IMG/VR virus record: IMGVR_UViG_3300027759_006101
Span: 62,001-126,000 of that record
Length of the DNA stretch: 64,000 bases
Direction: 5' to 3' (one strand)
This document shows positions 56,503-63,202 of the stretch, piece by piece. Every line of letters begins with the position of its first letter. Position 1 is the stretch's first letter. The notes under the pieces were generated by a model. The model searched no databases. It had not been told where the DNA came from and was given only the letters and a program-made list of their open reading frames with translations. A program made the translations under genes and the position numbers.

Positions 56503-56967
56503 TTAAGAAATTATTTTTTCATAAGTCTCAAAAAATTCTTGAGCTGCTATCCTGTAAACTTCTTGATATGAAGGAGACGGAGAAACTATATAATCCCCAG
56601 TTTTTAGGGTCATTAATCTGCCCCATTTAGCTACAAATTCTAATTCTGAGCCATAGTATCTACAAGCTATAATTTTGCCCTTAGGAATATATACTGCGCC
56701 ATTTTCATAAAAGTAGAAAAATTTGTATCTACTAAAAAGCATATCACAAGGAACAATATATTCTTCTTGACATTCAGTATGCAAATTCTTAACTACAAAA
56801 TCCCCTTCTTTTGCATAATTTGTAGTTTCCAGGCCATCAGCAGTCCAAGTCTCTATATATTGATTTAAAGTGGCAGGATAGGCATAAATTAAACAAGTCT
56901 TGTAATATTCTTGCCCATTATCTCTTATTTCAGGAAAAAAATAAGAGTATGCTTCCTGTTGTGTCAT
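56503..56967 (-). CDS. PGDYG-family-like protein (two repeats)
   Basis: AKEGDFVV...Y.V....F..RY and WG..M.LKTGDYIV...Y.I....F.ETY repeats. Confidence 0.6.
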   Translation of the reverse strand: MTQQEAYSYFFPEIRDNGQEYYKTCLIYAYPATLNQYIETWTADGLETTNYAKEGDFVVKNLHTECQEEYIVPCDMLFSRYKFFYFYENGAVYIPKGKIIACRYYGSELEFVAKWGRLMTLKTGDYIVSPSPSYQEVYRIAAQEFFETYEKIIS

Positions 56968-57056
56968 CAAAGATCGCTTATTTTTGATTCAAGAGAATAT
57001 AAACTTGTTTCAGCTTCATCTTTGGAAATTGCTAATTTTATTCTTGAGTACCACAT
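56967..57056 (-). CDS. 29-aa micro-ORF with MWY tag (not in the ORF track)
   Basis: Hand translation MWYSRIKLAISKDEAETSLYSLESKISDL*. The TGA overlaps the ATG of the downstream gene. Confidence 0.55.
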   Translation of the reverse strand: MWYSRIKLAISKDEAETSLYSLESKISDL

Positions 57057-57154
57057 AACTTTTATATACTAGTTTGTTTCTTAATAACCCTAACAGAAGG
57101 AAAAAGGATTTGTTATTTTATAATAAATACTATATCTCTGTTTAGGATTTGTGT

Positions 57155-58252
57155 ATGTACAATAATCGAAACTATAAATTTTCTCAAAAATCAGTTGATG
57201 AAGGATTAGCTAATTTAAAAGATTACTTTCAGGGCGCAGGTGCAAAAACTGTTGAATCAACTGAAGCGCTTGCAATTTTGAGCAAAAATGGATTTAATGA
57301 TTTCCCTTCATTTACCAAAGGTCTACAAAACGGAGAAGCTAATGCTATAACTGCTGCAAAAGAACTATCAGAAAAAGTCTATGGAATAGCAAGTTATTTA
57401 TTGCCGTTCTACGCTGGAGATAGAGCTGTATCAACCATATTAAATAAAACAAATCCAAGAATAAATCCAACTACCAAAGTAAAGCTTCCATTTGAGCCAC
57501 CAACAAAAGGTGGTCCAGGATTACTTAAGAATATTGGCCTTGGAATGGCCGGAACTTTAGGCGCAGAAGGCGTTATGAGTGTTGCTGAAAATCTTAAAGG
57601 GGATTTGGCAATTTATAAAGACTATTTAGGTGATTATAATAAGGATTTAAATGCAATTCTTGAACAATATCCAAAAAATGAAGACATCAGCATACTTGTA
57701 GATTTGTTGAAAACTAAAGGACAAAAAGGTCTAAAAATTATTGAAGATGCAAAAAATCAAGTTGTTTCTAATAGAAAACGATATAAAATTGCAATCAAAG
57801 GCGAAGCTAATATTGGATCATACTTACATCAATTCTTATCTGGTGCAGCTGGTGGTGCAGCTGCTACAAAAACCTGGCAAGGCGCTCTTATAAGTGGCTT
57901 AGGAGATATGGCTTACGATATTGGCAAAGACGTTTATCATAATTTGCAAGACACTGATTATAAAGCTACAGCATATGCAGCAGAAGTTGTTGAAAAAGTA
58001 GAAAGTATGGCAAACCAAGTAGAAAAATATGACAGAGAGTTTGCTAATGATTTGAGAAATACTGCAATGCAATTTGAAGCCTGGTTTAGAAAAAATATTT
58101 ATAAAGTTTCAGAAAATAAATTAAACCCAGATTCCTGGAGAAATTATTTAGAAAAAAATGTATTTAATAAAAAAGACGAGTTAGAAGAAGTAGCAGATAC
58201 TTATCAAATGGATGAATATTTGAGATTAAAAAAAATGAATAAGGATATATAG
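57155..58252 (+). CDS. Hypothetical protein with Gly/Ala-rich membrane-like helices
   Basis: AGGA RBS before the ATG at 57155 (MYNNRNYKFSQ). GLGMAGTLGAEG and SGAAGGAAAT...GALISGLG glycine-zipper-like segments. Confidence 0.55.
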   Translation: MYNNRNYKFSQKSVDEGLANLKDYFQGAGAKTVESTEALAILSKNGFNDFPSFTKGLQNGEANAITAAKELSEKVYGIASYLLPFYAGDRAVSTILNKTNPRINPTTKVKLPFEPPTKGGPGLLKNIGLGMAGTLGAEGVMSVAENLKGDLAIYKDYLGDYNKDLNAILEQYPKNEDISILVDLLKTKGQKGLKIIEDAKNQVVSNRKRYKIAIKGEANIGSYLHQFLSGAAGGAAATKTWQGALISGLGDMAYDIGKDVYHNLQDTDYKATAYAAEVVEKVESMANQVEKYDREFANDLRNTAMQFEAWFRKNIYKVSENKLNPDSWRNYLEKNVFNKKDELEEVADTYQMDEYLRLKKMNKDI

Positions 58253-58254
58253 AT

Positions 58255-59652
58255 ATGTCATTTACTGGATTAATAAAACAAGCACAACTAGCAGATAAAG
58301 TTGGAAATTATAAGTTAGCAGATATTTTGACTAACAGATTGATCAAAATCGCTAAAACTTCTCCTGTAAAAGTTTTTTTAGATGCACTGGACTTAAAAAA
58401 AGTAGTTGTTGATGCTGTAGGTGGTGCTAAAAAAACTATTGCACAAGTAGCTCAAAAATCAACATCAGACTTAATTTTATTATATTCAAAGCCTGCTGGC
58501 AAAGCTGAAGCCTTAAAAATCATAGATGAACTTGCCCTTCCAGTTAGAACTAAAGCTTCATTGATTAGAAAATTAGATTCAGGCGATGACAAAGCAATTG
58601 AACAGCTGAATAAAATTTTTACTGCTAAATATCAAGCGATGGCTGATGCTGGTTACAAAGTTGAAACCAAACTAGATCCTAAACTAGAACCTAAACCAGA
58701 AACCAAACTAGAGCCTAAGCCTGATGAATCAACTATTATAACAAGGTTAGACGAAATCACAAAGACTTTCAAGGGTAATAAAGAAGAATTAGTGGCAGAG
58801 CTCAAAAAGTTAGGGTTTACAGATGATGAAATAAAGGCAGCTGGAATTATTAAAGCTGATGGAGGACTAAACATTGTTAATGTCAACAAGCTTATCAACA
58901 ATGCATCTCCTGAAAGAGTTGTAGAATTAGAATTAAATGCTAGTACAATAAATATTGGCGGAAGAGCAACATCTTTAAGCGGTATGGTTTACGCTCAGTT
59001 AGCAGACTTACTAAGAAGAACTGATTTAAATCCTGCGGACCAAACGAAGATTATTAATAAAATTAAAATTCAATTGAGAAAAGATCCTAATTTGGTTGTT
59101 GACGAAGATTTAAGAAGATATTTCTCAGTTGAATTCCATTCACCGAGACCTCCAAAGCCTGACGCTCCAAAACCTGACGCTTCAAAACCTGACGCTCCAA
59201 CTACTCCAGGTTCTACTGCTGATGAGATAGCTGAAGGTGCATCCAATACTGGTAAAAAACCAAAAGACTGGAAAGCTTGGGCAATGCTTTTAGGAATTCC
59301 GGCACTATTAGCATTAGGATGGACCGTGTATAATGGTAAAATCGTCAATAAAGATACAGGTAAACCTATATCTGATGAGGAAGGAAACGGAGCTATGAAT
59401 AGGGCGGGTGCGGGAACAGGAGCAGGGACTGGAAAGTTCGACTCTAAAATGTACGATGATCGTATGAAAACAACTCCCAATCAACAAATGATGAAAGGTA
59501 ATAAACCTCAAGAGTTTGTTAATGCAAATAAAGACAAATACAAAACACAAAGAGAATTTTATAATGCAGCTCTAGCAGCTGGAGATGAAAACTTCGCAAA
59601 TAGTGTTATTGCTCTTGTTAAAAAAGATATGTCTTTGGACATTGAAAAGTAA
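58255..59652 (+). CDS. Hypothetical membrane protein with N-terminal helical-hairpin tag
   Basis: LIKQAQLADKVGNYKLADILT, PKPE and KPDA repeats, transmembrane segment WAMLLGIPALLALGW. Confidence 0.6.
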   Translation: MSFTGLIKQAQLADKVGNYKLADILTNRLIKIAKTSPVKVFLDALDLKKVVVDAVGGAKKTIAQVAQKSTSDLILLYSKPAGKAEALKIIDELALPVRTKASLIRKLDSGDDKAIEQLNKIFTAKYQAMADAGYKVETKLDPKLEPKPETKLEPKPDESTIITRLDEITKTFKGNKEELVAELKKLGFTDDEIKAAGIIKADGGLNIVNVNKLINNASPERVVELELNASTINIGGRATSLSGMVYAQLADLLRRTDLNPADQTKIINKIKIQLRKDPNLVVDEDLRRYFSVEFHSPRPPKPDAPKPDASKPDAPTTPGSTADEIAEGASNTGKKPKDWKAWAMLLGIPALLALGWTVYNGKIVNKDTGKPISDEEGNGAMNRAGAGTGAGTGKFDSKMYDDRMKTTPNQQMMKGNKPQEFVNANKDKYKTQREFYNAALAAGDENFANSVIALVKKDMSLDIEK

Positions 59653-59665
59653 GATTCAAATTAAC

Positions 59666-59698
59666 AAAAAAAAGACCCTGATTACTCAGGGTCTTTTT
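59666..59698. terminator. Bidirectional intrinsic terminator
   Basis: A8-GACCCTGA-TTAC-TCAGGGTC-T5 between convergent genes. Confidence 0.9.
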
Positions 59699-60257
59699 CG
59701 TTAAAATCAAATTTCTGCTGTCCAGTAATTATTTCATCTAAAGTTTTACTATTATCAATTCCGTAGAGAAAAATACGCTTCAAAGAATCTAATTCTTTTT
59801 TTGACAAATCAAGCTTTAAATGAATAACAAGATTATTGAAATTTTCTTCAATTTCATCAGGAGTAAATATAGCATTATGAAGAGCAAACATTCCGCTTGA
59901 ATATCCTAAACCATATACCTCAGGACCAAAATCAAATTTATCATATAATAAGCCTCTGTATGAGCCTTTATGATTAAAATAATTTTCATATATGGTGTTA
60001 GTTATATGATAGAACAAAAGATGCTTAGTATCTGTATCTAATGTTTCAAAATATTCTTTAGCTTTTTTCTTATAATCTAATTCTGCGTTTACTTCAGCCT
60101 CAAGAAATTGTTGATACTCTTCTGATTTTAAATATTCAGAATATGATTTATAAGTTTTGCCATTCTTTTCAACTGGATTAGGATTCTTCACCATTGGATT
60201 ACCTGTACTTTCTCTTATTGAATCTTCTTTACGTTGTCTAATTTCTTCCCAAGTCAT
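59682..60257 (-). CDS. Hypothetical protein
   Basis: 191-aa ORF. Confidence 0.55.
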   Translation of the reverse strand: MTWEEIRQRKEDSIRESTGNPMVKNPNPVEKNGKTYKSYSEYLKSEEYQQFLEAEVNAELDYKKKAKEYFETLDTDTKHLLFYHITNTIYENYFNHKGSYRGLLYDKFDFGPEVYGLGYSSGMFALHNAIFTPDEIEENFNNLVIHLKLDLSKKELDSLKRIFLYGIDNSKTLDEIITGQQKFDFNEKDPE

Positions 60258-60258
60258 A

Positions 60259-60480
60259 TTAATCTTTTACAGGAGTAATATGAATGCACTGAGCTTCTTC
60301 TTTCCTCAATGCAATGTGACTTTCTCTACAGTTTACAACCATCATATCTGTGTGTTGTTTGTTCAAAATTTTAATCTCACAGCCAGGATTGAAACCTAAT
60401 TCAGAAAGTCTTAATCTGACAGTTCCGCAAATTGATTCAATCCTATAAGTTTCACCAGCAGAACCATCAAATAATGTCAT
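60259..60480 (-). CDS. feoA: FeoA-domain protein
   Basis: L....GE..RI..I....RLRLSELGFNPG.EI.IL......VV......IALRKEEA..I.I. Confidence 0.8.
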   Translation of the reverse strand: MTLFDGSAGETYRIESICGTVRLRLSELGFNPGCEIKILNKQHTDMMVVNCRESHIALRKEEAQCIHITPVKD

Positions 60481-60481
60481 C

Positions 60482-60937
60482 TCACCACCACAATTCAAAC
60501 CAAAGTTTAGAAAGATATTCTACCGCTAACTTCACATCATCAGTAAGTTTTTTTCTTTCTTCAATATCTACTGAATTGAAATATTTATCAGAAACATAAT
60601 AATTTTCAAAAGCTTGAATGATAAATCTCAATTTTTCATCATAAGATTCTTCAGTCTCGCCAATAGGAATACCATTATTTACTTCAATAAATCTTTTTAA
60701 TCTAGGAATTATGAATAATGCCATAGTGCGATCCATATGCCAAGTTTCAGTGTCGTCAAATCCTCTTTCAAATCTTTGTTGACGATACTGCTCTTTTTTC
60801 ACAAGATCTTTTTCATAAACATCATCAGATACACTAAAACAAATATTATTTAGTCCCTCTGGCTTTATAGATAATTGCAAGTAGTCTTTTGATTTCTTCT
60901 GGGTCGATTTTGATTCTTTTTGGCTCATCTTTATCAC
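60482..60937 (-). CDS. Conserved phage hypothetical protein
   Basis: QRFERGFDDTETW..D.T.A.FI.PRLKRF pattern, recognised from phage proteins. Confidence 0.55.
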   Translation of the reverse strand: MIKMSQKESKSTQKKSKDYLQLSIKPEGLNNICFSVSDDVYEKDLVKKEQYRQQRFERGFDDTETWHMDRTMALFIIPRLKRFIEVNNGIPIGETEESYDEKLRFIIQAFENYYVSDKYFNSVDIEERKKLTDDVKLAVEYLSKLWFELWW

Positions 60938-60960
60938 TCATTTCAATTCCATTATAACAT

Positions 60961-60989
60961 AAAAAAGAAGGCTTTGCAGCCTTCTTTTT
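60961..60989. terminator. Intrinsic terminator
   Basis: A6-GAAGGCT-TTGC-AGCCTTC-T5. Confidence 0.85.
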
Positions 60990-61230
60990 ATTTACTGAAT
61001 TCTTGAAAATATGGACAAGTTTGAAATCCAGCACCATCTCTCACCCAGCCATTGCCTTTACACTTTTCTTTACCTTTTCCCAAGCACTCACAAACTCCAA
61101 TAGGCTTGCCATTTCTGATAATCATATAATCAATTTTAGCTTGCTCTTCTGGCGTAAGGTCAAGAAATTCAGCAATTGATCCAACACGAAATCCAGCTTC
61201 TTCTAAATGCTTCTTCTTATCATCAGTCAT
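60988..61230 (-). CDS. Small protein: XRE/antitoxin-like N-terminal peptide plus Cys-rich C-terminus
   Basis: KKKHLEEAGFRVGSIAEFLDLTPEE, then CEC......C......CP. Confidence 0.45.
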   Translation of the reverse strand: MTDDKKKHLEEAGFRVGSIAEFLDLTPEEQAKIDYMIIRNGKPIGVCECLGKGKEKCKGNGWVRDGAGFQTCPYFQEFSK

Positions 61231-61642
61231 CAATATCTTCTTCTTCATCCTCTAGTTCATCTGCCATCAAAACAGCAGATAAATCTTCAGGGACATTATC
61301 TACAGTATAGCCTTTTTCATCAATTGATTCTGTATCATAAGAGTCTAATTGATCAAGCCAATCTCGATAATCATCATAAGTGTCATCAAATGCTTCTTGT
61401 AAAGTATCAAAATCGAGTGTGTATTCTTTTTTGTAGAACTTCATTGCTTTATCAAAAATTCCACAGTCTGAATCAATCTCAAGATAAGCATAACCATCTT
61501 CATTAAGTGGTTCTTTGCCATTGCCTAAATAAGAATATTCTGAAATTGCATCAAAAATATTCAAACTATCAAGTAAATCTAAACTTACTTTCCAGTAGTC
61601 ATGTCGATAACAGTCAATTGCTTGAACAATAATTTTTTCCAT
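61223..61642 (-). CDS. Acidic hypothetical protein
   Basis: 139-aa ORF containing YLEIDSDC. Confidence 0.5.
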   Translation of the reverse strand: MEKIIVQAIDCYRHDYWKVSLDLLDSLNIFDAISEYSYLGNGKEPLNEDGYAYLEIDSDCGIFDKAMKFYKKEYTLDFDTLQEAFDDTYDDYRDWLDQLDSYDTESIDEKGYTVDNVPEDLSAVLMADELEDEEEDIDD

Positions 61643-61648
61643 AATTAT

Positions 61649-61810
61649 TTATTTCCCTTTTTGGCTATTTTTAATGAGCTTGCTTATAATCTTAACTAGC
61701 AAGGCTATAATTACGCCAGGTATTGCAACTAAAACAACTAAAATAAAAGGTCCGAAAGGAATCAAAAGCATAGCAGCTGTGTTGAGAAAATCTTCATCAA
61801 ATGCATTCAT
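61649..61810 (-). CDS. 53-aa membrane peptide (not in the ORF track)
   Basis: AAGGAGG RBS, then MNAFDEDFLNTAAMLLIPFGPFILVVLVAIPGVIIALLVKIISKLIKNSQKGK*. Confidence 0.6.
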   Translation of the reverse strand: MNAFDEDFLNTAAMLLIPFGPFILVVLVAIPGVIIALLVKIISKLIKNSQKGK

Positions 61811-61812
61811 AA

Positions 61813-62055
61813 TTATTCCTCCTTATCTTCTTCAGTATCCCAATAATCAATGTCCCAATCATCAGCAATTAGATCACTGGGGTATAAATCAAGAGTCAAA
61901 GACCATAATTCATACCTGCTTTCAATGTCATCCGGAAAACGTACAAGCACAAAACAAATTTCATCTTTGTCGTAATACATATATTTTTGTTCCCAGGAAG
62001 TTCTTGTGATTGGCTTGCCTTCCATTAAAGAATCTAATACTTCAGTGAATTTCAT
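61813..62055 (-). CDS. DUF2829/Tad2-like protein
   Basis: MKFTEVLDSLMEGKPITRTSW...DLIADDW. Confidence 0.65.
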   Translation of the reverse strand: MKFTEVLDSLMEGKPITRTSWEQKYMYYDKDEICFVLVRFPDDIESRYELWSLTLDLYPSDLIADDWDIDYWDTEEDKEE

Positions 62056-62266
62056 CTACTATCTCCCAATCATCTTCAAGAAAATCACCACTATCAAGAG
62101 CATCAAAAATACTAACATAGCTCTCAAATTTAGGATCATTTGGAACATATTCTGGGACTTCTTTGACATCAGAAAAATAAGCCCTGCACTTTATATCAGG
62201 CTCCCAAGATTTTCGCCTTAATGTAAAGCCATCTTCTAATTTATCTAATGCTTCTTTACCAGTCAT
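62042..62266 (-). CDS. DUF2829/Tad2-like protein
   Basis: MTGKEALDKLEDGFTLRRKSW...DFLEDDWEIV. Confidence 0.6.
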   Translation of the reverse strand: MTGKEALDKLEDGFTLRRKSWEPDIKCRAYFSDVKEVPEYVPNDPKFESYVSIFDALDSGDFLEDDWEIVDEIH

Positions 62267-62481
62267 TCTTCAATAACTTTCTTAAAAATATATTTTGCTT
62301 TCATTGGCAAAATAAGATATTGAACTGTAAGCCATTCTGTGACGCCTGATTTATGTTTTACTTTATTTTGAATTTCGTTATCTTTAACACGCCAAGCTGT
62401 AACGTTTGTACCGTCATCAATAGCTAAATAATATCCATCATTTAGTTTTTCAACAACATCAATAGGGATAGGTAGGCTCAT
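62263..62481 (-). CDS. Hypothetical protein, possibly a degenerate DUF2829-like copy
   Basis: DVVEKLNDG resembles the family N-terminus, but the C-terminal DW motif is missing. Confidence 0.4.
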   Translation of the reverse strand: MSLPIPIDVVEKLNDGYYLAIDDGTNVTAWRVKDNEIQNKVKHKSGVTEWLTVQYLILPMKAKYIFKKVIEE

Positions 62482-62737
62482 TTTGTTTCCTGAAAGTTTC
62501 TCTTACATTTTTATCCCAAAGTAATTCAGACGCAAAACCAATAGTACCAGAATCAAAATGAACCCAGACAGTTTTACCATCATCAGATAGACTTACTTCA
62601 ATAATATCATCTTTATCGTATTGAAATTCTTCACAAAAAATAGATGCTATTTCGTGTAAATATTTTCTGAATCTGACAAAACTATAGATACGACCCTTAA
62701 CATATTCTTCACTATAAATTCTTTGATCAGTTTGCAT
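62459..62737 (-). CDS. Hypothetical protein
   Basis: 92-aa ORF in a coupled gene run. Confidence 0.5.
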   Translation of the reverse strand: MQTDQRIYSEEYVKGRIYSFVRFRKYLHEIASIFCEEFQYDKDDIIEVSLSDDGKTVWVHFDSGTIGFASELLWDKNVRETFRKQNEPTYPY

Positions 62738-62915
62738 AAGTGTACCTAACCAGTAAACTAACGATAAATAATAACAAAGATATAATAATTAAGAGCTTAG
62801 TATTCATTTCAATAAAAGATTTGTCTTTTTCGAAAATAATTTTCCACACTCCAGCCATAAAGTAACCAACTAAAATAAAACATATAAAAGATAATGCTAA
62901 TAAAAGAATAGTCAT
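62727..62915 (-). CDS. Small two-helix membrane protein
   Basis: Two hydrophobic stretches. First gene after the sigma70-type promoter. Confidence 0.55.
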   Translation of the reverse strand: MTILLLALSFICFILVGYFMAGVWKIIFEKDKSFIEMNTKLLIIISLLLFIVSLLVRYTYAN

Positions 62916-62918
62916 AAA

Positions 62919-62961
62919 AAAATCCCTATAAACAGTATACTGCCTATAAGGATTTTGTCAA
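62919..62961 (-). promoter_or_regulatory. Sigma70-type promoter overlapped by an imperfect palindrome
   Basis: Minus strand TTGACA (62961-56), N16, TATACT (62939-34). Palindrome AAAATCC.TATA..CAGTATACTG..TATA.GGATTTT at 62919-62956. Confidence 0.75.
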
Positions 62962-62972
62962 GAAAATATATT

Positions 62973-63161
62973 TTAGACAAGTTGCCAAGTGTCTACTTTT
63001 ACATCTTCATCATTTAGATTTTTCTGCACCCAATTTGAGTTGCTGTCAAATTTCTTCATAATCTTGTTATCTTCAAACTTTATATAAACAAAATCAGAAT
63101 TTACAGGTCTTTTTGCAACAGAGCCATTCTTCACAGAAACCCACACATCATAAAAAGTCAT
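62973..63161 (-). CDS. Divergent DUF2829/Tad2-like protein
   Basis: MTFYDVWVSVKNGSVAKRP...EDVKVDTWQLV. Confidence 0.5.
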   Translation of the reverse strand: MTFYDVWVSVKNGSVAKRPVNSDFVYIKFEDNKIMKKFDSNSNWVQKNLNDEDVKVDTWQLV

Positions 63162-63202
63162 TTGTATCCACCTCTATTAGTATATTTTCAGAACAACACC
63201 TA

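Noticed and set aside
10446-57130. AGGA-containing upstream motifs as canonical SigH promoters
   Set aside because: The B. subtilis SigH spacing (AGGA about 17 nt before GAAT) is not met at 10446, 18565 or 46685. Only 57105 comes close (AGGA-N16-AAAT).
60846-60941. 31-aa ORF MSDKDEPKRIKIDPEEIKRLLAIIYKARGTK after a TATAAT box
   Set aside because: It overlaps the 5' part of 60482-60937, whose conserved-looking region has no alternative start. It cannot be supported, though the true start here is uncertain.
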